A stretch of 64,000 bases of DNA, from positions 11,551-75,550 of IMG/VR virus record IMGVR_UViG_3300010354_000064; one strand, 5' to 3'. Origin of the DNA: a virus. Positions 39,377 through 49,285 of this stretch are shown here, one piece after another. How positions within the stretch are numbered: the first letter of the stretch is position 1; each line of letters begins with the position of its first letter. The position numbers and the translations under genes are program-made. The notes under the pieces are model-generated. The model did not search any database, was not told the DNA's origin, and worked only from the letters and a program-made list of their open reading frames with translations.

Positions 39377-39798
39377 TTGTCGTCCTCGATGACGTTGAGG
39401 AGCTTCGCGATGCCGTTGTCGTAGCGCGTCAGCACAGCCCGAAGCTCCTCCTGCGCCGACGAGGCTGCCATCATACCCCGCTTCACGGCGTCGTCGTAGG
39501 TCGCCGTGACGACGTGCTTGCCGAGCAGGAGCCGAGCGAGCTTCGCGTCGTCCGGGCTGAACCCGGAGGGCTCGTGGTGGTCGTTCGAGAGTTGGTTCAC
39601 CTCGGCCCCCGTACCACGGGATGCGGTGACGCTGTAGAACGCGCTCGTCTTGCGGCCGTCTCGGTTGCGCTCCTCGATGGAGTGCGAGACGGTGATTTTG
39701 TCGATGAGGAGCGCGCCGCTGACCGACTTCAGTCGGGCCTTCTGCTTCTCAGTCAGGTTCGACAGCGGGCCTTCGGGCTTCTTCTCGGGGGTGGTCAT
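39373..39798 (-). CDS. hypothetical protein
   Basis: ATG 10 nt after class II motif. Confidence 0.7.
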   Translation of the reverse strand: MTTPEKKPEGPLSNLTEKQKARLKSVSGALLIDKITVSHSIEERNRDGRKTSAFYSVTASRGTGAEVNQLSNDHHEPSGFSPDDAKLARLLLGKHVVTATYDDAVKRGMMAASSAQEELRAVLTRYDNGIAKLLNVIEDDK

Positions 39799-42013
39799 GC
39801 CCCTCTCTTACACCGGAGAGCGAGACAACCGCCTCGGAAACAGCGCGGCCGAACGCCGTGTTCCTCAGCACCACCTTGTCGTTGCCGATGGCCTTGTAGA
39901 CCGAGAAGGGGTCGCCGAGAACCCAGCACTTCTTCTTCGCGCGCGTGACCGCCGTGTAGAAGAGGTTGCGCTGAAGCATCCTCCCATGCCCCTTGACGAT
40001 GGGGAGGAGCACGTTGTCGAACTCGCTCCCCTGCGACTTGTGGACGGTGATGGCGTAGGCGAGCCGAAGAAGCTCAGGGGCGTCGGCCTTCGGGATGGCG
40101 ACCAGGGTATCGACCGCGCCCGGCCCGATGCCGTGGATGCGGACCATGAGGTTCTCGCGCTGAATCTCGACGAGCTTACCCATGTCGCCGTTGTAGATGC
40201 CGAGCTTGTAGTTGTTCTTGATGACCATGAGCCGGTCACCCACTCGGCTGTGGAAGTACCCGGCCTTCCACTCGGGTTGCCCCGTGCTGGGGTTCAGCGC
40301 CTCGCGCAGCCGGTCGTTCAGGTTGTTGACCCCGACGTAGCCGTCGTACTTGGGGGTAAGCACCTGGAAGTTCGCGTCGCGCGCCTTGAGCTTCAGGGCC
40401 ATCTTGACGATGAGTTCGGAGATTTGCTCCTCGTCCGTCAGGTGAACGAACTGGAACTCGCTCTCGGGCGGGCGCTTCTCCAGCGAGAGCGTCTCCCCTC
40501 GGTTGATGGTGTGGCTTGCGACGACGATTTCGCTCGTATGCTGCTGCCGGAAGATTTGGGTGAGCCGCACGTTGGGGACGTGCTCGGAGGCGAGAAGCTC
40601 ACGGAGGACGTTGCCCGGCCCGACGCTTGGAAGCTGGGCGTCGTCGCCGACGAGCACGAGGATGGTATCCGGGTGGAGGGCGTCGAGGACGCGGAAGAAT
40701 AGCTCTTGGTCCACCATCGACATCTCATCGACGATGACCGCATCCGTCTGGAACTTGTTAGCCCCGTGGTACTGCCAGCCGTCCCCGTCGTAACCGAACG
40801 CACGATGGATGGTGTACGCCTCGGTGCCCGTGACGCCAGCGAGTCGCTTGGCCGCGATGCCCGTGGGAGCCATGAGCGTGTGGGTCAGCTTCTTCTCACG
40901 GAAGAGGCGGACGAACGCGCGGACGAGGGTCGTCTTGCCGGTGCCGGGAAGGCCGGTGAGGACGAGCACTCGGTTCTCGATGAGCTTCTGGATGCCGTCC
41001 TTCTGGGCCGGAGAGAGAACGATGGGGTTGACCCGCTCGTACTCGGCCACGAAGGCGGCGAGGTCTACGTCGAGCTTCGAGGCGGTGATGAACTTCGCCA
41101 GCATGGCGGCGCTCTCACGCTCATGCTTCCAATGGACGGGGAGGTAGACCCCCGCCGACTTGTCGAGGTAAGCGTCCTTGCGTTCGACGAGCCGGTCCAC
41201 GGCGGCGAGAAGCGCGCGTGAGAGGTCGGGCACGTCGAACGCCTCCATGAACTCTCTCTGCATGAGGTCGTCCACGAGGGCGGGGAGGTCGCCGCGCCGG
41301 ATGTAGAGGTGCCCGTTCTGGGCCTCCTGCCGGAGCAGGTAGAGGACGGCCCCCTCGATGCGCTCGGGCGCGTCTCGACCGAAGCCCTGCTTGAAGGCGA
41401 GCTTGTCGGCGAGCGCGAACCCGAAACCATTGACCGAAACGAGCCGGTAGGGGTTCTCGGTGATGACCCGGATGGCGTTCGAGTCGAACGTCGCGTAGAC
41501 CGCCCGGATGGTGTTGGCATCGACCTGGAACTCGGTCAGAAAGACCGAGAGGTCGGCGAGGCTACGCGCGCGAGCCCACGCCATGATGGCCCGGTCGAGC
41601 CTATCTCTCGCCGGGTCGTCCGGGGAGAAGAGAGCCTGCACCTCGGCGGGCCGCTCCGAGAGAACCGCGAAGACTTCCGTCCCGTAGGTCTGAACGAGCT
41701 TGTCCACGACCACAGGGTCGGTGAAGTCCGAGACGCACTCGGAAAGGAACCGCTCGATGTCGCGCGGCGTGCGAGCGTACGGGTGCCAGGTATGGGGGAT
41801 GAACTGCTTGCCGAACTTCGGGTGTGCGCCCCATTGACCGCTGAACGCAACCGTCACCCCCACGGTGACCTGAAGCAAACCGAACAGCGGCCCGGCGACC
41901 GTGACGACCTTCTCTTCGACGGAGGGTTGGGCCTCGTCAAGCGCAACCGTGAAGACGCAGAAGTCGTCTCCCTTGTGCCTGACGGCGATGACTCGGCCTC
42001 GGATGATTGCCAC
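39749..42013 (-). CDS. recD2: RecD2-like SF1B helicase
   Basis: GLPGTGKTT, APTGIAA, DEMSM, GDDAQL, FRQ, YAITVHKSQGSEF, YTAVTRA; N-terminal HhH region. Confidence 0.93.
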   Translation of the reverse strand: MAIIRGRVIAVRHKGDDFCVFTVALDEAQPSVEEKVVTVAGPLFGLLQVTVGVTVAFSGQWGAHPKFGKQFIPHTWHPYARTPRDIERFLSECVSDFTDPVVVDKLVQTYGTEVFAVLSERPAEVQALFSPDDPARDRLDRAIMAWARARSLADLSVFLTEFQVDANTIRAVYATFDSNAIRVITENPYRLVSVNGFGFALADKLAFKQGFGRDAPERIEGAVLYLLRQEAQNGHLYIRRGDLPALVDDLMQREFMEAFDVPDLSRALLAAVDRLVERKDAYLDKSAGVYLPVHWKHERESAAMLAKFITASKLDVDLAAFVAEYERVNPIVLSPAQKDGIQKLIENRVLVLTGLPGTGKTTLVRAFVRLFREKKLTHTLMAPTGIAAKRLAGVTGTEAYTIHRAFGYDGDGWQYHGANKFQTDAVIVDEMSMVDQELFFRVLDALHPDTILVLVGDDAQLPSVGPGNVLRELLASEHVPNVRLTQIFRQQHTSEIVVASHTINRGETLSLEKRPPESEFQFVHLTDEEQISELIVKMALKLKARDANFQVLTPKYDGYVGVNNLNDRLREALNPSTGQPEWKAGYFHSRVGDRLMVIKNNYKLGIYNGDMGKLVEIQRENLMVRIHGIGPGAVDTLVAIPKADAPELLRLAYAITVHKSQGSEFDNVLLPIVKGHGRMLQRNLFYTAVTRAKKKCWVLGDPFSVYKAIGNDKVVLRNTAFGRAVSEAVVSLSGVREGHDHPREEARRPAVEPD

Positions 42014-42014
42014 G

Positions 42015-43931
42015 CTATGCCTTTGCGAGTTCGATGAACTGCTCCTCGGAGAGGAGCTTGGTGCCGTGCTTACGCGCTGCCTGCGCTTTCGTCGAGGACG
42101 AGTTGGGGTCAGCGATGACGAGATAGGTGAGCCCCTTCGCGACGCTCGCCTTCACGACTCCTCCCTGCTGCACGACGAGCCCTTCGAGGTCGGCACGCTT
42201 GCGTTGCATCGAGCCCGTGAAGCAGAACGACTGCCCGGTGAGCCTCCCTTGTACCCGAGCCTTGATGTGAACTCCAGCAGCGAGAAGGTCCGCGACGACG
42301 TTCTCACCAGCCCCATGCAGCCAGGTGTGGAGAGCCTCGGCCTTTACGGGGCCGAGCCCTGCGATGGAACGGAGGGTGATGAGGTCCACAGCGCGGAGCT
42401 TCTCCCAGGTGTCGTGCCCGGCGTCCGTGACCATCTGGATGGTCTGGGTCGCACAGAGGGGAATCGACAGCGCGCCGAGCAGGACTTCAAGGGGCTGCTC
42501 ACTCTTCTCTCGGAGGAGTACCAGGAGCTTGTCGGCCCCGTGCTCCGTGATGCGCTCGACCTCGGCGAGCGAGGGGATGGTGAGCCGGAAGAGGTCGGCG
42601 GGGCTCTTGACCTTGCCTGACTCGACAAGGCGCTCGATGAGCGTCTCGCCCCACTCCTTCACGTCGAGGGCGGCGATGAACCGCTTGATGCGACCGACAA
42701 GTTGCGCGGGACACTCCGCCGTGTTGGGGCACACGAGGTACTCCCCGTCCTGGGCGACCTTGTGCTGACAGGAGGGGCAGAAGAGGGGGCATTTCACAGG
42801 CTGGTTGGACCTCGCGACGAGCGCGGTGACGCGAGGGATGACATCGTTGGCCCGAGCCACGAGGATGCGTGCGCCCGGTGAGAGCCCGAGGTCGGTGACG
42901 TACTTGAAGTTGTAGAGGCTTGCCTGCATGACCTTCGCGCCCACGAGTTCCACGGGGTCGAAGGTGCCGACAGGCGTGAGGCGGCCCGTGCCGCCCACCT
43001 GCCAGTCAATCTGCCGAAGGGTCGTCTCCTGCGCCTGCGACGGAAACTTGAAAGCCACGGCAGCGCGAGGGCGACCGTCCTTGTCGCCGAACGACCGCTG
43101 CCGAGCGATACCGTTGACCCGAACGACGAGCCCGTCGATGTCGTAGTCGAGCGCGTCCCGGTGGCCCTGCTGGTAGTGGAGCCAAACCTCGATGGGGTTG
43201 ACCACGACGCACCAATCGGGGAGCATGAACCCCTGCTGGCCGAGCCATTGAAGCTGCTCGTCCTCGGCCTGGAAGTCCCGCCCCTCGACGACTTGATAGG
43301 GGATGACTGTCAGGTGCTCGCACCCCTTGCCGTCGAGCCTTTTGCTGATGCCCGAGGCTGCGTTGCGGGGGTTCGCGTAGTCGGGGAAGTGTGCCCGGTG
43401 GGCTGACTTGAGCAGGACGATTTCGCCGCGAATCGACCCCGTGAAGCCCTCGACCTCGGGCTGGACGTTGTTCATGCGGAGGACGTTCCGGGTGATGTCC
43501 TCGCCCGTGATGCCGTCGCCGCGCGTGATAGCCTGGACGAGCTTGCCCGCCTCGTACCGCAGATGGATGCTGATGCCGTCGAGCTTCTCGGTCACGAAGA
43601 GGGGCGGGATGCCGCGCGTCGGGGGCAGCGTGTTGTAGGTGCGCGCCCACTCGCGAAGCTCCTCGGGGGTGTTCACCTTGTCGAGGCTGCCCATGACGAA
43701 TCCGTGCCGAGCTTTCTTCCACTCGGAAGTGTCGGGCACGGGTGCGCCGATAGCCGTGACGGCAGGCGACGCTGGGCGGAGAGCGCGTAGCTCATCTACC
43801 CAGGCGTCGTACTGCTCATCGCTAACGGTCGGGGTACCGTTGTAGTAGGCGTCCCGAGCAGCCTGGACTTTCGCTTCCAGAGAGGCAACGGGAGCCGCGT
43901 CGGCTTCTTCGAGGAGGGCCATGAGGTCCAT
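42015..43931 (-). CDS. ligA: NAD-dependent DNA ligase
   Basis: EKLDG, TRGDG, RGE, DGLVV, AFKF, Zn finger, HhH and BRCT (KARKHG) domains. Confidence 0.95.
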   Translation of the reverse strand: MDLMALLEEADAAPVASLEAKVQAARDAYYNGTPTVSDEQYDAWVDELRALRPASPAVTAIGAPVPDTSEWKKARHGFVMGSLDKVNTPEELREWARTYNTLPPTRGIPPLFVTEKLDGISIHLRYEAGKLVQAITRGDGITGEDITRNVLRMNNVQPEVEGFTGSIRGEIVLLKSAHRAHFPDYANPRNAASGISKRLDGKGCEHLTVIPYQVVEGRDFQAEDEQLQWLGQQGFMLPDWCVVVNPIEVWLHYQQGHRDALDYDIDGLVVRVNGIARQRSFGDKDGRPRAAVAFKFPSQAQETTLRQIDWQVGGTGRLTPVGTFDPVELVGAKVMQASLYNFKYVTDLGLSPGARILVARANDVIPRVTALVARSNQPVKCPLFCPSCQHKVAQDGEYLVCPNTAECPAQLVGRIKRFIAALDVKEWGETLIERLVESGKVKSPADLFRLTIPSLAEVERITEHGADKLLVLLREKSEQPLEVLLGALSIPLCATQTIQMVTDAGHDTWEKLRAVDLITLRSIAGLGPVKAEALHTWLHGAGENVVADLLAAGVHIKARVQGRLTGQSFCFTGSMQRKRADLEGLVVQQGGVVKASVAKGLTYLVIADPNSSSTKAQAARKHGTKLLSEEQFIELAKA

Positions 43932-43957
43932 GACCCTCCTCTACACCGAACGTCCCG

Positions 43958-44206
43958 CTAGTTGCGGGACTTTGCGTCGGGTACGTCTTCCATCTTCAAC
44001 TCCCCCGCCTCGACCATCTCGGCGAGCCGATTGATGGTCGAGAACGGGGCGACGACGAACCGGACCTCTTCACCCTTGTAGCGTTCGAGCACCGCCTGAA
44101 CGTCCACGTAGTTGAAGCCCCCCTCGGGCCGCTCGCACCGAAGCACGAGGCGGCCCGTCATGGGGTCAAGTTCGACGATGCCTTCCGCGACGAGTCCGAG
44201 GTCCAT
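43958..44206 (-). CDS. hypothetical protein
   Basis: 82-aa ORF starting 1 nt after the RNR stop. Confidence 0.6.
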   Translation of the reverse strand: MDLGLVAEGIVELDPMTGRLVLRCERPEGGFNYVDVQAVLERYKGEEVRFVVAPFSTINRLAEMVEAGELKMEDVPDAKSRN

Positions 44207-44207
44207 G

Positions 44208-46511
44208 CTAGAACTTGACCTCACAGTAGCCGCCAGCGCAAGCCACTTCGCCCGCGAGGTTCGTCTCATCCCCCTCCTCGACGATGGCCGTGTAGTCCAC
44301 CGGCTTGTAGCTCTCCAGGATGGCGTTCCAGCGCGCCTCGTCGGCGGGCGTGGTGACCTCCTCATTCGGGGCGAAAGCGTAGTCCTTGTCGCCGGAAGCA
44401 GCCAGCAGGCTGACACCCGTGAAGTACTCGCGGTTCTCCCAGAGGTAGTCCGCCACCTTGTCCCACTCCTCGGGCCGCACCGTGACGGTGTTGCTGACGT
44501 TGTGGTTGAGCCCCGGCGAGTGCTTGGGGTCCGACGTGCCGGGAAGCACCCAGTTCTGCTGAGTGGACTTCACCATGTCGAGGAACTGGATAGCCCCCAG
44601 GTCGGCTCGCACCGTTGCGTTCGCAGGGGCCTCGACCGGAAACTCGATGACGTACTTGCCGTCCGGCTTCCTGACGCACATGTGCGGGTTGACCGCCCGG
44701 AACGCCTGGAAGACCGTTTCGAGTTCGTCGGCCGTGACGCGACGGATGTACCGCTTCGCGTGGTGAGCGTGGTGCCCGGAACCGACACAACCAAGTTCGA
44801 GGCTCGTGGTGCCAGAGGGCTTCACGCAGGTCGTACGAGCGGCGGGCTTGACCCCAATCTTCGCAGCGTACTCGGCGTTCCACGCCTTGATTTTGCCCGC
44901 CACTTCCCGCTGGTACTCGGGGTTGCAGGCGATGTGGGGCGCATCGAGCATCCCGGTCATACCGATGCCGAGCAGGGCCTCGCGCTCGGCGAGCGTCTCG
45001 CTAATCCACCCGAGGTAGGGCATCCGGGTGTACCCTGCCTGGAGCGTGCCGATGAGCGTGGCGGCCTTGGCGGCCTCCTCGAAATCCGCGAGGCTCGTGA
45101 GCTTGGCCGCGTTGATTTCGCAGAGGTTGCAGAAAGCCCAGCCGGTGTAGGTCTGCCCGACGGTCACCTTGACTCCACGCGCAGCGAGCTTCGTCTGCTC
45201 CTCCTCCGTGATGGTGAGCAGAGGGTTGAGCCCGATTTCGCAGCAGGGATTGGTGCCGTAGTCGTAGTTCGCGGTGAAGTAGAAGCCGGGCTCTCCCCAT
45301 TGGCGCGTCATCTGGAAGATGCGCTTGAACTGCTTTTTCTTCACCTCGTCACGCTTCAGAACGACCGAGTTGTTCGCGTTCGCGAAGTAGGGGTCCGTCT
45401 CCCACCAGTTGCCGGTCTTCGCAAAGAGCATCTCGGAGTCGTCGAGGCTGAAGAGGCAAATCATCGCCGAGCGACGGATACCGCCCGAGAGAACGGCGTC
45501 AGCCGCGTGGCACATGATGCGGTGGCACTCGATGGGCCGGAGCTTGCGACCCTGAGCCTTCGAGAGCACACCTCGGATGCGCTCCAGGGAATCCTTCAGC
45601 TTGAGGTGTCCGGGAGCCTTGCCGCCCGACGTGTGAAGCGGAGCACCCGCGTCGCGAATCAGGTGGTAGGACAACTCCAGGTTCACGCCATCGAGGTAGC
45701 TCTGGATGAGCGCCTTCAGCGCATCGGCCCATCCCTCGATGGTGTCCTCGACGACGTGGTGGCGGACCTTCTTGGGGTCCACGTAGCCGAGGCCGGGTAG
45801 CTTCTCAACGTGGTCAAACTGCACCGAGTAGCCGACCCCGCAACCGGAGAGCAGGAGGAACAGCGCCTCCGAGAAGACCTCGGGGCGGTCTACCAAGGAA
45901 AACGAGCAGTTGTAGATGCGGTTGTTGTTCGAGAGGATGGCGTCACCTCCGAACTGCATCGACCGCATCGAGGGCAGGACGCGCTTGGCGCGCACGAGGT
46001 CGAAGGCCCACTTGATTTCCTCGGCGAGGGCCTCGTACTGGTTGAGGTGCATCACCTCAACGCGCTCGACCGTCTCCTCGTAGACCTCTCGGCGGCGCAG
46101 ACGAGAGACGTACCGGGCATACTTGCCCGCGTGGATGTAGTCGCTGATGGCCTTGGGGTCGGGAGCCTTCGAGGTGCGCCCACCACGAGCCTCAGCGCGC
46201 TTGTGCCGGAAGAGGATGAACGCCTTGGCGACCTCGAACTGCCCGTGCTTCATGAGGGCCGTCTCGACCGCATCCTGCACACGCTCCACGTCGATAACGT
46301 CCTCGGTGAGCGTGTCGATGACGGTGCCGATGACCCTTGTGATGGCGCGTTCGTCGAGAGTCTTGCACTCCTGCCAGGCGCGGCCGATAGCCCGCCTCAG
46401 CTTTTCGACATCGAACGGCTGAAAGGTGTTGCCATCGCGCTTGAGGATTTTCTTACCCTTGGCTTTGGTCGGTGTGTCTGCGCGGTTGTCGGTTGCGTTC
46501 GATGAGAGCAT
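44208..46511 (-). CDS. nrdJ: class II (B12-dependent) ribonucleotide reductase with ATP cone
   Basis: N-terminal ATP cone (KRDG..FD..K), YNCS, TNPCCEI, VKPSGT, C-terminal CAGGYC. Confidence 0.9.
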   Translation of the reverse strand: MLSSNATDNRADTPTKAKGKKILKRDGNTFQPFDVEKLRRAIGRAWQECKTLDERAITRVIGTVIDTLTEDVIDVERVQDAVETALMKHGQFEVAKAFILFRHKRAEARGGRTSKAPDPKAISDYIHAGKYARYVSRLRRREVYEETVERVEVMHLNQYEALAEEIKWAFDLVRAKRVLPSMRSMQFGGDAILSNNNRIYNCSFSLVDRPEVFSEALFLLLSGCGVGYSVQFDHVEKLPGLGYVDPKKVRHHVVEDTIEGWADALKALIQSYLDGVNLELSYHLIRDAGAPLHTSGGKAPGHLKLKDSLERIRGVLSKAQGRKLRPIECHRIMCHAADAVLSGGIRRSAMICLFSLDDSEMLFAKTGNWWETDPYFANANNSVVLKRDEVKKKQFKRIFQMTRQWGEPGFYFTANYDYGTNPCCEIGLNPLLTITEEEQTKLAARGVKVTVGQTYTGWAFCNLCEINAAKLTSLADFEEAAKAATLIGTLQAGYTRMPYLGWISETLAEREALLGIGMTGMLDAPHIACNPEYQREVAGKIKAWNAEYAAKIGVKPAARTTCVKPSGTTSLELGCVGSGHHAHHAKRYIRRVTADELETVFQAFRAVNPHMCVRKPDGKYVIEFPVEAPANATVRADLGAIQFLDMVKSTQQNWVLPGTSDPKHSPGLNHNVSNTVTVRPEEWDKVADYLWENREYFTGVSLLAASGDKDYAFAPNEEVTTPADEARWNAILESYKPVDYTAIVEEGDETNLAGEVACAGGYCEVKF

Positions 46512-46525
46512 GAGTGAGCGTCCTC

Positions 46526-47494
46526 CTAGCCTGAAATCCGCAGCACGGCCAACTCCACGAGGGTACGTTTGGAGCGAGCCGGTCCCTTTACATCTTCATC
46601 TAGTGTGCAGAGGCGACGCATGTGGCCGATGAGGTCGGTCATGCGGTGCTTCTGCACGATGGGCAAGAACTGCGTCTTGCAACGCCAGGGGTGCATCCCC
46701 AGGGCAACGGCAACCTCTTCTTCGGAAGCGCCGCGTTCCACGAGCGACCGCGCCAGTACCACCTTCTCGGCCTGACGAATCAGCGAGAACGTGATGGGTA
46801 CGTGCGCTTCGTCCCCCATGACCCTGTAGACGGTCGATAGGACGTTCATCGCCTTCTTAGTGTCCTTCGAGAAGGCAGCGTCCGCGACTTGGTAAGGCTC
46901 CGCCGTCGGCGACGGAGCGATGACGAGCTTGACCTGCTCGGGGCCAACCTTTGCCTGCTTACCGAGAAGCACCGAGAGCTTGCGAAGCTCGTTCGAGAGC
47001 CGGTAAAGGTTGGGGCCGACGAGTTGGAAGAGCAGGCTGCCGATGTTGTCGTCGAGCAGGAGCCCGAGACGCCGCGCCTCGTTCTCGACCCACTTGACGA
47101 CCTCATTGTTCGAGTCCCAGGTCTTGAGCTTCTTGTGCTCGATGAGGCGGCCCTTCTTCGCCGCTTCGCTCCAGATGGCCGGGCACTTCTCGGAGCGCAC
47201 GATGGCAACGATGACCGTCTGGTCGTCCTTGGGGTCTTTCGCCGAGACGTACGCCTTCAGAGCCTTGTCGCCCTTGACCTTGTTCGCCTCGTCGAGGACG
47301 ATGACGCGCTTGCCGCCGTCCAGACTGCCCGTCTCAGCGAGCCCGACAAGTTCTCGGTCGTCGATGTCTTCGCCCGACACTTGAATGACGTGACGGTCTT
47401 TCCAGGCGAGCGCGCGCTCGATGTCGCGGTCGAGGAAGAAGTCCTCGGCTCCGAAAGAGACAATAAAGGCTTGGGATGCGTCCTTTGCGGCCAT
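46526..47494 (-). CDS. holA: DNA polymerase III delta subunit
   Basis: FGAEDFF, SLDGGKRVIV, L.NEL.KL, LGMHPW, D..VKG pattern. Confidence 0.8.
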   Translation of the reverse strand: MAAKDASQAFIVSFGAEDFFLDRDIERALAWKDRHVIQVSGEDIDDRELVGLAETGSLDGGKRVIVLDEANKVKGDKALKAYVSAKDPKDDQTVIVAIVRSEKCPAIWSEAAKKGRLIEHKKLKTWDSNNEVVKWVENEARRLGLLLDDNIGSLLFQLVGPNLYRLSNELRKLSVLLGKQAKVGPEQVKLVIAPSPTAEPYQVADAAFSKDTKKAMNVLSTVYRVMGDEAHVPITFSLIRQAEKVVLARSLVERGASEEEVAVALGMHPWRCKTQFLPIVQKHRMTDLIGHMRRLCTLDEDVKGPARSKRTLVELAVLRISG

Positions 47495-47497
47495 CCT

Positions 47498-48454
47498 TCA
47501 AGCTCCGACGAAGGTTTCGAGCAGCAGGGTCTTCGCGTGAAACGCAAGCTGAGTCTTCGTCGCGCGCGCCTTCGCGAGCATCGAGTCGAGCCCCTGATGA
47601 AGGGTCTGCCAGGTAGTTGGGCTAGGCGAACGCATCTTCCGCAGGGTGTCTTTCACGTCGAGGTTCAGAACGCGGGTATCGTCCACGTCGAGCACGAGCA
47701 AGTCGTGAACGATGGTGTCGAGGAACCGCAAGGTCAAAGGCAAGTCCTTCTCTAGCTGGTCGAGAAGCAAGAAGACCCCCGCCACGTCTCTCGCGACCGC
47801 AGACGTGAGTAGCGATAGGGCCTTGTCGCGAAGAGCCAGACGACCAGACCCCCAGTATTGGATGGCCTTGCCTACCGAACCTTCGCCTAGTCGCGCGTAG
47901 ACAAGAGCTTTCGTCACGTCCTTCTCGAACTGCTGCACCTTCTCGTGAACGAAGGCTTCGGGCAGCGGACGGAAGTTCAGTACACCGCAACGCGACCGAA
48001 TCGTCGGAAGAACACGAGCGGCTGACTCGGCAAGCAAGAAAATCCGGGCAGTTGCGGGAGGTTCTTCAAGCGTCTTGAGAAGAGCGTTCGCAGCAGGAGC
48101 CGTCATCCGGTCGGCTCCGTCGATGATGAATACGCGAAGCGCCGACTGCGTGGGATACGTGTCGATGGCTTCGATAAGCGAGCGTGCCGCGTCAACCCCG
48201 ATGTCCTTGCCGTCCTGGGGGGCAAGAACGAGGAGGTCAGGGTGCATCCCCTGCGTAACCTGCAAGCAGTCCACGCACGAGCAGGCTGAAGACCTGTCGC
48301 CCGTGCAGAACAGTTCACGGGTCGTCTGAAGCGCAGCGTATCGGCGACCGACCCCCTCGCCCCCAAGGAGTAGGAGGGGGTTCGTCAGGCGTCCTTCGAC
48401 AACGCGCCGCAAGAACAGAACAGCATCATCTTGGTGTAGTACGTCATTCAACAC
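47498..48454 (-). CDS. holB: DNA polymerase III delta-prime subunit
   Basis: Degenerate P-loop, CSCVDC, HPD, AANALLKTLEEP, LPTIRSRC. Confidence 0.9.
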   Translation of the reverse strand: MLNDVLHQDDAVLFLRRVVEGRLTNPLLLLGGEGVGRRYAALQTTRELFCTGDRSSACSCVDCLQVTQGMHPDLLVLAPQDGKDIGVDAARSLIEAIDTYPTQSALRVFIIDGADRMTAPAANALLKTLEEPPATARIFLLAESAARVLPTIRSRCGVLNFRPLPEAFVHEKVQQFEKDVTKALVYARLGEGSVGKAIQYWGSGRLALRDKALSLLTSAVARDVAGVFLLLDQLEKDLPLTLRFLDTIVHDLLVLDVDDTRVLNLDVKDTLRKMRSPSPTTWQTLHQGLDSMLAKARATKTQLAFHAKTLLLETFVGA

Positions 48455-48635
48455 GCGAGGGCTCCGGCAGCAAGGGGACCGCTGGCGAAGCTAGAGGCTC
48501 GACCGGGACGATTTGCAGCACGAGGTGGTAGTTCTGACCGCACTTGCCGCAAATGTGCCGATGGGGCTCTACGCCACTCGCCATGAGCAGACCCTTACAC
48601 CGGAGGCACCGGAGGACGGAGCCACTTTCCGACAT
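48444..48635 (-). CDS. small Zn-ribbon protein
   Basis: CLRC...CGKC. Confidence 0.55.
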   Translation of the reverse strand: MSESGSVLRCLRCKGLLMASGVEPHRHICGKCGQNYHLVLQIVPVEPLASPAVPLLPEPSRVE

Positions 48636-48646
48636 GATTTGTCGCC

Positions 48647-48862
48647 TTAGATGTCTACCGCGCCGCCCGTGTTGACGCCCCACGAGGTCTTGCACTTGGC
48701 GCATTGGTAGAGCCGTCGGCCGCCGACCGTGCCTGGGTGCTTGACCTCGATGGCGAGAATGGAGTCGCACTCGGGTCGCTTGCACTTCATGTGAACGGTA
48801 GGAGCCGAGGGGTTGGCAGGTCCAGCCAGTCCGGGCGTCGTGCCCGCAGGGTCGATAGGCAT
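48647..48862 (-). CDS. small Zn-ribbon protein
   Basis: CKRPEC...YQCAKC; SD GAGGA. Confidence 0.7.
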   Translation of the reverse strand: MPIDPAGTTPGLAGPANPSAPTVHMKCKRPECDSILAIEVKHPGTVGGRRLYQCAKCKTSWGVNTGGAVDI

Positions 48863-48872
48863 GTGCTTTCCT

Positions 48873-49262
48873 CTAGTACTTGGACTTCGGGTACGAAACT
48901 GGGAAAAGCAGGGTAAGCACGTAGAGCACGCGCTTGTAAAGCGGGTCCGACTGAACCATCGAGGGATTGAGAGTCACCCGAGGCTCTGAAAGCTGATACC
49001 CTGCCGATACAGGGAACAGCGTTGGCGAGAACACCCCGTCCCGAACGTAGGGGTCGATTTTCATCCAGTCGTCCCAGAGAACGGCAACCTCGAAGAAGTC
49101 GGACTTGAACGTCATCACACGCACCGTGTCCGTCGTCAGAGGACCCGCAGCGACGGGGTAGCCGCGCACGTACGTGGTGATAGCCATCGCCACGGCAGGC
49201 AAGTCCTGCTGACGAAGGTGGCTCGGCCGTTGGCCGAAGACGAGCCCGAGGCGGTTGTCCAT
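48873..49262 (-). CDS. hypothetical protein
   Basis: 129-aa ORF after class III motif. Confidence 0.65.
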   Translation of the reverse strand: MDNRLGLVFGQRPSHLRQQDLPAVAMAITTYVRGYPVAAGPLTTDTVRVMTFKSDFFEVAVLWDDWMKIDPYVRDGVFSPTLFPVSAGYQLSEPRVTLNPSMVQSDPLYKRVLYVLTLLFPVSYPKSKY

Positions 49263-49285
49263 GCCCGAGCGTTCCGATAGGAAGG

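Noticed and set aside
14191-46511. Inteins or introns in terL, recA, recD2, ligA or nrdJ
   Set aside because: Lengths are ordinary and motifs are contiguous.
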